A stretch of 63,249 nt of DNA, filler included, from Rhabdomonas costata (GCA_019059605.1; 48 parts of 48 records of this genome joined end to end with filler, not necessarily neighbours in it); one strand, 5' to 3'; shown: positions 10,991 to 24,129, counted from the first letter of the whole stretch. Notes: generated from the letters alone by a model not told the origin. A program made the numbers and translations.

Positions 10991-11790
10991 ATCCATCAGG
11001 ATCGCGCTGAACACGCTGGGCGAGTCCAGCACCGCCTGCACCGCCTCCAGCCCGTCGCACGCCTCCACCGTCTCCGTGATGCCCATCTGCTGCAGCTTCA
11101 GCACAAGCACCCGCCGGTTCATCGCCACGTCGTCCACCACCAGTACCCGGGCCGATAGGAAGCACGGCGGCGGGGGCGCCGCGACGCACACCATACCCAA
11201 GCAGGAGGAGGAGGAGGAGGAAGAGGAGATGTCAGGGGGTCCCGGAGGTGGTACTGTGGTTGCTGCTGCTACGGTGGGGGCGCTCATCGCGCTAAGGGCC
11301 TGCTGTAGCTTGGGCAGCGTCAGTGGAAGCGTCACCGCGGGGCTCGGCACCTCCCAACCGCTGACCTTCACAGGGCTGAGGTGCAGCGCGCGGAAGCCCC
11401 ACCGCTGCTGAGCCTCCGCCAGCGCCCCAAGGGTGGCCTCCGCCTCTGCCGCAGCCTTAGGCAGCAGCACCACCACCACCACAACAACACGTGCTCCCGT
11501 CGTTGAAACAGCAGCGGCAGTTGGGGGAAGCCCTTCGGCGTCGGGAAGGTCCGACGAGGCAGACAGGGCCCTAGCCTCGGCAAGCCGCTCCAGGCTCTCC
11601 ACCGCTTCGAACCGTACACCCATCACCTGAGGACCAGTCAAAAGGATACGACATTATAAAAAGCAGTGCCGTCAGCATCCAAAGTGCCCCAAAATTATAA
11701 TAAAAATAAATTTCTCGAAACGCGGGCGACGGCAGACAGGCTGCTGTGCCGCCCAACCTGAAGCAGCTCGCACGTCGCCTGACCCCCCAA
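10991..11790 (-). CDS. Response-regulator receiver domain protein (probable hybrid histidine kinase C-terminus), partial; exons ~11790-11758 and 11626-10991
   Basis: ARVLVVDDVAMNRRVLVLKLQQMGITETVEACDGLEAVQAVLDSPSVFSAILMD has the acidic DD pair and the phosphoacceptor LMD. Splice junctions are GT-AG. Confidence 0.88.
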
Positions 11791-14700
11791 CACNNNNNNN
11801 NNNNNNNNNNNNNNNNNNNNNNNNNNNNNNNNNNNNNTTAATTAATTAANNNNNNNNNNNNNNNNNNNNNNNNNNNNNNNNNNNNNNNNNNNNTGTTTGT
11901 GGGTGGATCACACGTTCCGAATGCAAGAGAGTCGGCGGAAGTCGGAGTAGGTTGTGAAACGAATTGAATGGTTTCTTCCTTTGTTAAGAGTTCCGGTTTT
12001 CAACCCCATTTGAATCCTGCGAAAAGCGTTTTTGTTTCTCGATTGGCGGTTTCTCCGCCCTCGGTGTCTGTGTTGTGATGTGTAGTTTCTGGTTTTCGCT
12101 CACTGCTCCCTTCAATTAGAAACTATGCCCTTTCAGCCTTCAGCTGTTGCCGGGACACCCTGCCCATAGTGTACTCCTCACGTGGCTGCCTTTCATCTGG
12201 AATGCGGGCAGTTTAGGTGGAAGGTCTTTTAGGTAAGTACGCAGGTGCTTAAAAGAAATCAGAAAAATCAGAAAATCAGAAATCATTTAAAAATGCCGAG
12301 TAAGCGTGCCATGTCGAAGGTTGTTTTCAGGAGTTGTTTTCTTTATAGGGAGACCCACTTTAGACCACACTGACGAAACAAATTTCACTCCTCGTCCGTC
12401 CAGTAAATGACTACTGGTGCTGTTACTTGGGACCTGTCGTCAATTTCCAAAATACTCCTCCATTTTGGCCCGCCTCCCCCATTATCATTGTTGTTGATAC
12501 CGTTTTGCCAACCAACACTGAAAAATCTGGAGGAAGGTTTTTTTTCAAATCCACTATTGAAAACGCTGCCTTAAATGACCTTTTCGCAACGGCGGATTCC
12601 CAGCGCCTTAACCGCCCCCAAAAGGGTTGTGACGCCGAAACCTACGGCGTAACTATGGCGAAAGTACTCAAAATACGGTACTAATGGGCCGAAAGCCGTT
12701 TTTGCTAATCAACCCTGAAAGTGGCGAAAATTGACATTTTTGTGGTTTATAAGAGACAAATTGCCTGAAATAGCCGGAGATAAGACCCAAAGACCAAAAA
12801 CGAGCGTAAAATGAACATTCAATAAAGCAAACCTGAAAAACCAAGATTCATGCCGCTCAAAGAGCTTCGATAGGTTAAAGCTTGCCCTGCAACGCTCTCC
12901 CGCGAAAATGCCAAAAATGAAAGTCCACGTTTGAAAGTTTCTTCTTTAACAAGTGTTTCGAAATGTTTCTTGACAAAAGCAAGTAAATCCGGCCTCTCGG
13001 CAGCTTTGAAGCACAACACAGAACGGCGGCACCCGCACCCCACACCCTCGGCACCACCATTCCAGGAAGCGGCGCGGAATATGCCGGCAAAACGCCACCC
13101 CAGTATTTCCNNNNNNNNNNNNNNNNNNNNNNNNNNNNNNNNNNNNNNNNNNNNTTAATTAATTAANNNNNNNNNNNNNNNNNNNNNNNNNNNNNNNNNN
13201 NNNNNNNNNNGGGGTGTGGTATACTGCCAGAATGTCATTGAGGTACAGTAGGCTGTCCTGTGGGGTTAAGGCGCGAGGGACGCGACCTGTGTATGCGTGT
13301 CGATGCAACGGATCCCTTTCCACTTATTCTCCTCCCATTCCATTGTGATGCGGTGGCAATAATTCTTGTCCCGGGGTCCTCCTCGCGCATTTGTTGGGAA
13401 GTTTGGACTCGGCTTATGGGATGGCGCCGAGGGGTGGCTCATGTGCTTTGCTTCTCTAATGATTGGCTTGTGTCGAGAATAAGCCCACCACACAAGGCAT
13501 GGACTTATGAGAGGAACATACTTTCGGAGTCGACTCAGCAGTGACTCAATGGATATCCTCAGCAGATGGCGGCTCATGGGGAGCGGGCACTTAGTTAAAC
13601 ATAACTGAAAAGACTGATGAGACCTGAGGGAGGAGAATGGGGGAAGTCCACACGCCGGGGTGGCTGGGGTGGGGGCAGACCTTCCGAACGGCACAGCGAG
13701 CTTCGAGCTGCTGCACCAGGGGCAACACATCGCACAACTTTGCTCGAAACTCCGCATACAAGACTTCCTTCAGGCCAGTCACCTTTGTTTTTTTTTCAAG
13801 CGGCTCAGTGACCAATCTGCACCCCCAAATCCTCGGATCTTCTTTTGTCGCACCCATGTAAAGCTTGAGGAAGCCCAATTCCTGACCAGCATAGCAAAGG
13901 AAGATAATCAAGCACGGTCGTTCGTCGAAGAAGAAAAGCAAGCGCAGGGAAATGCAAATGAAGAAGAGCCATAAAAAATTGTCACAACTCTCGTCGCAAT
14001 CTCGTTGTACTTCGGCAGCCATCTCCGTTTTTGTTGACACCAAAGGGCAAAGGCCTCGAAAATCTCATTCGAAAAAATTGCGATCTTTCCGCCGATGAGA
14101 TAGCTTACGTATACAGGTGCGCTGTGCACTTTGGATTCCTTTGTTAAGGGGGTTTAGGTGAGGCCGAACTTCGGGCCACCTTCCAGAACACTGTCTGGGC
14201 CTCGGACGATACGCTTGCGAGACAGTTCACCTGCTCATCCATGTCTGAGGAAGAGGAGGAAGAGGAGGGCGACGACGACGACGAGGGTTCACGACCCGAG
14301 GATGGAGTCGCTGGGGCACCGCTGGCCTTCTTTGCCTCGGGTGCCTTGGCGGCCTGTAATCGCCACCAGCAAAATTCACTCACTCTTCCAAATACCTTCT
14401 TTCACTCACAAAGGTGCTCAAACACAAAACNNNNNNNNNNNNNNNNNNNNNNNNNNNNNNNNNNNNNNNNNNNNTTAATTAATTAANNNNNNNNNNNNNN
14501 NNNNNNNNNNNNNNNNNNNNNNNNNNNNNNGGGGTTGTGGGCGCCAGAGGGGTCCACTTCCTTCGGCGGCCGAGGCATGGAAGGATAGATGCCCAAGGCC
14601 TCCAGCTCGTCGTCTTCGGTGGTATCCTCTGACCCGCCTTGGACCCGCATCATGCCGTGCCGTGCCAGGGGAGTCGCCGCCCTCAGCCACACCGCCGCTG

Positions 14701-15845
14701 GCAGCGCACTCCACAACATGGCGTCCAGGTCCGCGGCCGCCTCGTTCGCATAGGCGCAGCTAGTCTTCAGCTGCTTGATGATCTTTTTTGTGAACCACAG
14801 GTTTCCGGGCGGAACAGCCGTCCGGGTGGCCGGTTACTAAGCCGGTTCGTGACAGAAATGAATCGGCGAAATTTGCCTGAGTCCATCGGTGCGCGAAATT
14901 TCACCCCAAAGAAGGCGAAAGAGGCTGTTGGGGGGACTAAATTCAGGGTTGTCCCGAAATATTTTCTCCAGACACTTCAGCCAGGACACATTTGACCAAT
15001 TTGTTGCCAAAGCTTTTCGTGCGATTCGTTGCAGTCAAAAGAAGCGTTGTGTTGGAAAACTGCCCCATGGTAGGTGCGGCGCTGGGATGGCCCTGCTCAG
15101 CAATAATCATCCATTGAATGATATTGTACGTCATACTGCCCAGGTTTCCTTTTGCTTGCATTTTGCAACCAAAAACACCATCTACCACACCTCAGACAAG
15201 AAACACACAAAAATGCTCATCAGTGCACGCCCAAATGTTTTTTTTGTCACGCTTTCTCCGTTGTTTCCTCAGAGCCCCACCCCCCGGGGGTTTTGGGGTT
15301 CAAGAGCGCCAAGCAGCTCTACCCAGGAATGGCGCACAAGATGACATACGCCGGGGTGCACGCCACCGCACCCTCGGAGGGGTCAGTGGGACAGAGCAGC
15401 CTGGCCCCGCTCACCACGGCCCCCAGGCCGTGGTCCAATTCCAGAGTGAGGGAACTCTTTACAGGAGGCGGCAGGCCGGTGCCCCGGCACATCAGAACGG
15501 CGGTCCAGCGGCGCAGAGTGGAGGGGCCGGAGCCGGAGCCAGGGCTGTGGCCAGGGTGGCATGCCGAGCCTCGGCGAAGAGCGTCCTGCAGGCTGAGGTG
15601 AAACCGGAACCTGTTTTGGATTTCGGCGGGATGGCGAATCTTACAGTAAGGTCTGTTTGCAGGTGTTTGTGTGCGTACATATGAACCAATGATAACTGCA
15701 AAAAAGCGAAAAATGTATAACCCCAACCCCAACCCCAACCCCTACNNNNNNNNNNNNNNNNNNNNNNNNNNNNNNNNNNNNNNNNNNNNTTAATTAATTA
15801 ANNNNNNNNNNNNNNNNNNNNNNNNNNNNNNNNNNNNNNNNNNNN

Positions 15846-16902
15846 GGGAGTGGGGGGGTCAACGATGTGGTTGGGGTGCATGGCCTTGCAGGCGAAGGTG
15901 GGCTCGGCCAGCAAAGCACAAGCGCGGTCGTTGTGGGCGGCCATGGCCACGGCCAAGGGCACCACCCCGGAAGCATCCTGGGAACAGACAAAGCAAAGGG
16001 ATAACCGGAATTCAGTACGAAGGGCACCACCACACAGGAAAGTCGCATGGAAAGAGCAGCAAAGTGGCACGCAGAGATTTCACCGTGGAAGCCCAGCAGA
16101 GGGCATATGGACATAGCAAGGCTATTGGAGTGCCCTGAAGCACTTCGATCCCTTCCCTTCTGTGGCAGTGCTGCTGGTGCATGCTGGCAAACGCCAAAGC
16201 AGAGCGGGAGAGAGGAAAGCATTTTCGATTGGTTGTTTGGCGGTGACCCGGCCCCAAGTGTCATTCTGCGGCAACGCAACGAGAGAGAGGCTCCCATAAA
16301 CGAGAGAGCGAACCCATAAGGTGTGAGAGGCAGAGTGCGCTTGACGGAAGAGTGTCTTTTGGATAACCTTTGCATTGAGACAACTGTGGGAGTGGAAGTA
16401 ATTATGGCCTTCCGTGCAAAGTTGCGGGACACAGTGAAAACAGCTGAGGCTGTTATTAGCATGTGGGTGGAAGACGATGCATTGTATACTTCTGGGGCCT
16501 ACTCAGCTGTGGATTCGAAACGCCTTACTTTGAGGATCAGTCCCCAAACCCAATTTCATTGTTTCTCACAGAAACCTCTGAAAGGCGGTACGACGCTGTG
16601 GTGTGGCCGTACTTCTTTGCCCAGCATCGCCGAGACATAAACTCTTTCTTATACCTTCAGCAAAATGAGGGTTCTGTCAACCGATCCGAGCGCTTGGTCA
16701 CCATAAAATACAGGCACATTGTTAGACGTTAGGGAATCGGGTATTCCAACAGCAAAACAAGGTAACACATAGATAATAAACACACATATTGGGAGCGGGG
16801 TGGCACCTGCACGGCGACGTCGGCGCCAGCCCTCAGAAGGGCTGTTACAGCCTGCGGGCTGCTCTGTGCCGCGCAGTGCAGTGGGGTGCGGCCCGAGGCA
16901 TC
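15846..16902 (-). CDS. Ankyrin-repeat protein, partial; exons 16902-16807 and 15977 to contig start
   Basis: DASGRTPLHCAAQSSPQAVTALLRAGADVAVQ | DASGVVPLAVAMAAHNDRACALLA, joined by a phase-0 GT-AG intron at 16806-15978. Confidence 0.85.
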
Positions 16903-17225
16903 CTGCGCAACACACGACAAAGAAACAACATCGACGCAATCATCCACCTGAATGGCAGGCAGATGGGCGTGGCTGAGTGCAGGAAGTTGCCAAGCAAATT
17001 GCGACAGGACCATCAGCTCATAGGGAACTAGAAACTGGGTATTTTCTGTGGCACTGCCACCTCCGCNNNNNNNNNNNNNNNNNNNNNNNNNNNNNNNNNN
17101 NNNNNNNNNNTTAATTAATTAANNNNNNNNNNNNNNNNNNNNNNNNNNNNNNNNNNNNNNNNNNNNATCGCGCGTGTGTTAGTGCAAAAGGGAAGAAACA
17201 GGGCAAGGGAGAGCAGAGGGGGTAC

Positions 17226-18386
17226 CAGCAGCAGCTGTGCCGCCGTGCGCAGGACAGCGCTCTGGAAGTGCAGCGTGACCGCGGGGTACCGGGCGTCCGC
17301 GCCGTTAAACCCAGGCAGGCAATACGGGGTCACTGCGCGGGCCATGTCCCAGTCCACCACGACAAACCTGAGGGACCCATTTCCGGCCCCCTCGCTGCTG
17401 CCCCGAAAGCAGATGTTCGCCACGCGGAGGTCGTTGTGGACGATCCTTTTGGAGGTCAGGATCTCAAACAGAGGGGTGCAGACCTGGGCCCCAAAGGCGG
17501 AGCGTACCTCAGGCAGGGTCCATGCCGTGCGAAAGTCCGGAAGGTGGCTCAGGGGGGTGCCCACATCCCGCATCACAAGGACGTAGTCGTCCGAGCTAGT
17601 CCAGACCTTTGCCCACAAAACACTCGCCAGCGCTAAAACTCTCACATCAGCGCAAGGGCTCAGAAAGCACAATTTGAGGCACGGGACGGACGGAGACGGG
17701 GCGAAACCCTACTATCAACTTCATCATGCAACATCAAAACAACAGCTATTTGCACCGCACCAAGATTGTTTCTACATCAACTCGTCCCAGCAGATGGTTT
17801 CGGTCTCCGCATTACAATGTCCCGTCATCTCAAAAAAGACACAGCTTAAGTTTTTTTTAAATCAGGCCTTTTCGGAACCTACCTCGGGTGGTGAATATAA
17901 GGATCTCAACTGTTCACCGGTTTTGCTTCACCCGTTGAGCGCACCGCTGCTAATACGGGGGGCTGCTCCACTCCACTCCGTAATTGCAAAAAAAAAAATC
18001 TTTGCTTGAAGCCTACTCCTGCGTGTTGTGACGCAAAAGCCCGCTGATATACAATGGGCGTGGGCCACCCAAGCCCTCCACCGTTGCTAAGTGCCTGTCT
18101 GCATCAGGCCGGGATCACACCTGCAGAAACAACTCCGGGTAGTATGGCGAGACTCTCTTCACTACCCGTAGCATCCACCCGGCCTGGTGCTCCGCGCTGG
18201 CGGTGGAGGGCCCAATGGCCCACTTCACGAACACGGTGCGGCAGCGGCCCGCCAGCTCCTCCCGCGGGGCCACGCTCCACAGCAACTCGAAGTCATCGCT
18301 GACCAGGTGCCAGTGCAGCACCTCCAGCGGGCTCACCGGCTCGAAGGCCTCCGCTGAGACCCGGTAAGTCAGGGCGTGGCCAACGG
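17226..18386 (-). CDS. Atypical protein kinase-like domain (Crinkler/CR-kinase-like), partial; exons 18386-18121 and 17606-17226
   Basis: TVFVKW (beta3 Lys), AEHQA (helix C Glu), YVLVMRDVG (hinge), IVHNDLRVANI (catalytic loop) and VVVDWDMA (DFG equivalent). Phase-0 GT-AG join. Confidence 0.8.
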
Positions 18387-19806
18387 NNNNNNNNNNNNNN
18401 NNNNNNNNNNNNNNNNNNNNNNNNNNNNNNTTAATTAATTAANNNNNNNNNNNNNNNNNNNNNNNNNNNNNNNNNNNNNNNNNNNNGGGGGGTGGTTCCT
18501 GTGCAGTACCCCACCCACAATAAGGCAATATGGAAGGGGCCAGAAACCGGGCATCCCCTGCTATAAAAAAGAGGTGCGCTTTTGTCGGGCTGAACATGTG
18601 TTTTGTGATGCGGAAACTCTCTGCAGGAATGTCTGCTGGAACAATGTATGTTTGGTAATGGCCTGGTGCGGTCATTTGTATGAAGACAAAGTTGATCAAA
18701 AACCAGCATTGGTACAGGACGATGGCTAGCCAGCCTTCAGTTCTTTCACAATAGAGCATGTCCCGAAACCCAAGCCTCAAACCACAGGCTGAAAAGATGC
18801 AAAAGAGGCCCTTCCAAGCCCATGCGAAGGCAAAAAAGTCTTGAAAAAAGGCCCCCCCCCCAAATGACTTGAAAGGGCTAAGCCCCGGATGGCGGAAGGC
18901 CACGCATTCTCGTTCGGGTTGTATTTGAACCATTCGCTGAATTTTGCGGTGGTCGAAGTCTTCTGGAGCGTGGATGGAGATTGGTGCGAGGACGGGGATC
19001 GAGACGAAGGCGGAGGGAGGGGCGGGTAAAACGTTCAGCAGTGCTACATCGACAAAACGTGCGATCCCCTTATTAAATTCAATCATGTCTGTTGGGGCGG
19101 AAAAACAGAATACCCCGCCTCATTTTGCTGCAAACGCATTTAGAGGGAGCGGCACAGTTTATCTAAAACCCCTGAAATATGACCCGCGCCAGCTCAAGAG
19201 AAAGAGGTAGGGATAAACACATAACGAACACAAAAAAGGTCGAATAGAGGCAAACACACCTCCAGGTCAAAGCAGCTTTTTCACAACCCCTTTTATTAGC
19301 TCCTAAGTCCAAAAATTTAGAGGATTTAGAATTTAGAATTTAGAATATTAAGAGGGCACTTTTTCTTTTCGGTTGTGACTTTTTGAAGTGACGCGGACAA
19401 TAACATCCCGAAAATTGACCGGTTCGGTCGTTTAGTGCCGCTAATTGCTTATAAACGGGGTATTGCCCATCCTATGGGAACGCCCCAATGCATTCGCCCG
19501 CTCCGGCCGCGCCACGGACTGCTTCCGCACCTAAAATAACCCTGTCCCAGTTGTCTGCAAAAAGCCCCTATAGCAAAAAAGCAGCTTATCTTCTTTCGTT
19601 TGCGAAACTAAGCACGCGGTCCTTGTTAGTTTGAGCATAAGGAAATATCCAAAAACGATAAGCGAAAAATCCGACATCGACACACTCGTAATCCGCCCCC
19701 CCGATANNNNNNNNNNNNNNNNNNNNNNNNNNNNNNNNNNNNNNNNNNNNTTAATTAATTAANNNNNNNNNNNNNNNNNNNNNNNNNNNNNNNNNNNNNN
19801 NNNNNN

Positions 19807-21016
19807 ACACCATCAGGGGCTGGGCCGGGTCACTAATGAAGTTTAGCGTGATCAAGGCGGGGGCGGCGGTGGAATCGCGAAGGTTGTGGAACTCAATGAA
19901 GAGCTTCCACAGCACCTTACCCATGAACAGTAGCATCTCCAAGGGAAGGCACGCCAGCAACACAGCCTGGAAGGGCCGGAACCACGGCACAGGGGTGATC
20001 GTCCCAAAGACCACGTACAGCCGATCTGCAGAGCGAAAAGAATGCCACTTTTTATATCTCTCTTGTGCCCCTTCTTTTCCTCGCATCCTGGGGGTTTGGC
20101 CTGAAACCCACAATCCCACAACGCCAGAGAGACGGCGACGGCAAGCAAGGGGGTGTCAGCTCGGGAAAGGGACGGAAGGGCACACAGGGAATAACTGATG
20201 TTTCGCACATGCTGAGTCTCCCTCCTGCACCCCAACTTTGTTCCGGAACCCACCCCAACCCGCCCTGCCGAAGAGATGCAGAGACAATCTGCCATGGCAC
20301 TGTGCTACTGTGCTGGACGCTGACCAGGATCACTGGTAAAGATTTGGTGGGGAATCTTTACCAGTGATCCTGGTCAGCGCGTAGTGTTACCAACCGGCGG
20401 AATTTTTTTTCGCCACTGCGTGCTGGTCCTAACAGATGTGCGGGGGAGCGATATTCAGCCGCACCTAAGTTCCAGAGGACCACGGGCAGGGGCTGCCCCA
20501 CAAGGAACTGCAGCTTTATGGCGTAATCCCCGGGAGGATACGCGCCTATGGATGGGGAGACTACGGTAGAGTCCAACAGCTGAGCCTTCATGAAGCCATA
20601 GTCCCCCACCCGAAAGTTCGCCAGCATGCGGTACCTGCCACACAGCCACGAAAACGAAGGAAGCGAGGGAGTGGAGCAACGGTTATTACATTTGATTATG
20701 TCAAGCAAGAGGGTTTACCCTTTCGCTCTCGAATTCCCGTTTTCTGTTTGACAGTCATGACGAAAACAGCAACACCCTAGCGCCAACAGAGCAGCCACCA
20801 TACATGCAATAACTGCAGGAACCTAGAGAGATGAATGCGGAGCGAGGGTAGCAAGGTCAGAGAGTGAAGGCGGAGGGCAAACCCTTGGATGAACTCCGTG
20901 AAGACCAGCGCAATCACCGCGAAGTCGTACATTGCCAGCCCGCACAGAAACCACACTCGCCGGCCCATCCGCCGGTGCACGTGCGCAGGAGTTGCGCGAG
21001 ACCACCACCCCCCAAA
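19807..21016 (-). CDS. Hypothetical membrane protein, three exons (~21016-20883, 20634-20546, 20025-19807); second intron GC-AG
   Basis: Phase-compatible chain ...VIALVFTEFIQG|YRMLANFRVGDYGFMKAQLLDSTVVSPSI D|RLYVVFGTITPVPWFRPF... with hydrophobic segments. Confidence 0.5.
20318..20379. repeat. Perfect 27-bp-stem hairpin with 8-nt loop (intronic)
   Basis: cgctgaccaggatcactggtaaagatt - tggtgggg - aatctttaccagtgatcctggtcagcg. Confidence 0.95.
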
Positions 21017-22451
21017 CACACCCACANNNNNNNNNNNNNNNNNNNNNNNNNNNNNNNNNNNNNNNNNNNNTTAATTAATTAANNNNNNNNNNNNNNNNNN
21101 NNNNNNNNNNNNNNNNNNNNNNNNNNGGTTTTGTTTAATTTCAACTGGTTTTAACTCGTTTTGCGGTGTTTTTTTTACTAGTTCTCTGTTGTTTTGTCTG
21201 GTTTTAGACCGGAATTCCCGGTTTGGGATTCCGGGTTTACGGTAGAGCCCTCCCCCTATGCCCCCCCCTTCCTCCTCCGAGATTTCCCAGCTGCTGGACT
21301 GGAACGATGCGCTCCTTGCGCAACTTGCGAACGAAAGTCAGGACGGGAGCTCTGAAAGGTGTGCCCCTTTGGTACGAGGCAATGTCTTGCGTCTTATTAT
21401 TGATAACCCTGGTGACCATGGGGATTTGTTGACAACTTATGTATATGAAAAAGTCGAGGCTCACGATCAGTAAATCGTGGGTAAAGCACTCTCGTTTTAC
21501 TGTGACATGCATTTGCAAACGGGTGTGGCCGATGGTGCTTTGAATCAAAACCCAAAGGCCAATGACAGCGTTGCTGTACATCAAAGCAAAGCCAAAAACT
21601 CTGATTAGAGATCCCATGATGAGGCCAAGGCTCTTTCATCGATTCGGGGCTTGGGGTAAATTGGGACACTCAGCTGGAAGAAGCCGACGGTTGAAACAAT
21701 CGCCAGGGCGTACCTCCAGCGGAGGGCGCGTGATCAAGGATCTGCGTCTCTGTGACTTTGTTCCCCACCACATGCGGGTGGCAAACAGTTGCTGCTTAAT
21801 AGCAATCTAGAGAGGTAAGGATGGCCATCACGATGCATTCGTCGCACACTGTGCGAAGTCGAAGGTCTTGACGTCCTTTATTATCACAGTTGACCCAGTA
21901 TCTATCCACGGACTAGGAAGGGCCCGCCAAATATTTTTTTGGAAAGGACTCCCCTTTCTCCTGTGTGTCACGTTGCAGTGAAGTTCGCCAGCTATACCGG
22001 AACCTGCTGTTTCTACATGCCCTGGAGCAGTTCCGTAGTGACGGGGATTCCGAAAGTGTCCCAAAGGCCACAAGGCGCCACCCCAGAGCTATTACTCAGG
22101 TGCGTCTTTCTTTTTCTCTTGGCACGTGTTTTGTGTGCAAGAGAAGATTTGCTTATCATTCAGATGACTGCCACCGATTTCTTTTCGGGCAATGTAGTGT
22201 GTGGTCCCTTACACTCCGTTTCCGCATGTGTGTGGGCGCATGAACAGCGCTGTCACTTTTTGGTCGGACCGCATTGATCTAGTCGTCCCGTCCGACCTTT
22301 TTAGCAGGTTTTTGTTGTTCCTGCAGAAACAAAGCCCGACGCCAATGCNNNNNNNNNNNNNNNNNNNNNNNNNNNNNNNNNNNNNNNNNNNNTTAATTAA
22401 TTAANNNNNNNNNNNNNNNNNNNNNNNNNNNNNNNNNNNNNNNNNNNNGGG

Positions 22452-23472
22452 GTGTCGCCTCTGCTGCGGATCCCCCCGGGGGGCCGAGGATGGTACAGCT
22501 TCACTGCGGTTGTCGCAGGCACCTCCTCGTTGTATGAGGGGCTCAGCAGCGCTTGGGGGCGGAGAAGAGGGGCGCCCCGAGAGAATAATGGATGGATGGA
22601 TACTTGGCGTTCACGGAACAAACAAAGCACAATGTCTTCGCAGTCCTCTGCGCTTCTGGGCAGTATTACAGGCTCAGTTGAATTGCGGAAAGCCAGTGCA
22701 GTTTTGCATTGGATTTTGGGCGTTAAGGGCACGGGAACCGGACGGAAGGTGAAAGGCCCGGCCGCATAGCGAATTGGAAGCCGATTATTTATAGAAACAA
22801 AACCCGGGGACACATTTTGGCCTTGCCCTCACAGTTAAATGCAATCGTTTTTCCCTAATTTTTTTGCACGCCTCGGTTCATTGCAACAGTAAGTGACTTC
22901 CAAATTCCTCATTGCGTGCTCGCTGCAGAGGTATTTACGATGAGAGATAAGGAAAGGCACCGATGTCGAAGGCCAAAGGTCGAATTGATAAGTTTGCTGT
23001 CTGGATTTGCTCGGAGCCCCCGGCACCTCCCTGCCCCGAGCGGACACTCCCCAGCGAGTGCTTTGAGCACCTTCGCGCGTACTGTGAGGCCAACGGGCCC
23101 TTTGACGGGGTTCTGGGGTTCTCCCAGGGAGCCATCCTGGCGGCGATGTGGGCAGCCAGGATGTCCACCCTGCCCCCTTACATGCAGCTACGGTGCGGGG
23201 TCTTTGTGGCGGGGTCTCTCCCGCTGGACGTGGTGGAGAGGGAGAGAATAGAGGCGGCTTGCCCGGCACTGGGGGCGGCGTTCCCCACTCTGCACATCTA
23301 TGGAAACGCAGATGAGATTATTGTCCCGGCGAAGAGCGTCGCCCTGTCGGAGGCCTTCGAGGCCTCTGCTCGGGGGGTGGTCACCCACACGGGGGGGCAC
23401 GTGGTGCCCGCAAGTGTGAGAAAAGACATTCAGGCCTTTCTGGAGAAAGTACCTGCGAAGCAAACGGGATGA
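22452..23472 (+). CDS. FSH1/OVCA2-family serine hydrolase, 3' partial gene; exons ~22452-22544 and 23053-23472
   Basis: GRGWY...YEGL | SECFEHLRAYCEANGPFDGVLGFSQGA (nucleophile), PTLHIYGNADEII (Asp) and HTGGHVVP (His). The intron boundary is ambiguous (see findings). Confidence 0.92.
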
Positions 23473-24129
23473 GCGGCGCGAAAGTTCGTGCGGATTGTGC
23501 ACTACGAACGTTGTGCTCTGTGCCTCTTTGAGCTCGTGGTGTACTGCGAACGAATTTAGCTCTTTACCAAAAGGTTCCGCAAATGGATCCTTTCGGATGT
23601 GCTCGTCGGCCTCCATCTCCGCTGTATGCAGATATACACAGCGGTTCAGTTCACAGTTCCCCAGACACNNNNNNNNNNNNNNNNNNNNNNNNNNNNNNNN
23701 NNNNNNNNNNNNTTAATTAATTAANNNNNNNNNNNNNNNNNNNNNNNNNNNNNNNNNNNNNNNNNNNNGGAAACAGTGTTGGTGGCCAAGAGTGAGAGGA
23801 CTTCCTCGTGGGGTTTTGTCTGCTCCATTGGTACAACTGATGTTCATACAGAATGAGTCAGCTTCAGGGCACCATACGGCGGGAGGCGGAACAGTACCGG
23901 AAAACGAGATGTGAAAAAATGAAAGGGATCCCCGGCTTTTCGTTTAATTTCCACCAACTTGATCTCTCTAAGCGCCCGGGATAGCCCGTAGCCGGACCGG
24001 CCAGAAGGCATAGTATCATAGTATCATAGTACGCCGAGGGAAAGTGAACAGCAGCTGGGCTTCTGTCCATCAATAAGCACCTTCAATGTCCTTGGAAGGA
24101 TCGCCGAAATACCCGCGAGGACGAAAGGC

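Noticed and set aside
13211-14430. Long broken minus-strand reading frames, possibly a decayed transposon (also 21127-22348 and 35649-36868)
   Set aside because: No diagnostic catalytic motif could be recognised by eye.
15721-15742. (CCCCAA)n ciliate-type telomere
   Set aside because: Under four units, the wrong strand for a right-hand chromosome end, and it overlaps the C/A-rich contig-end tail.
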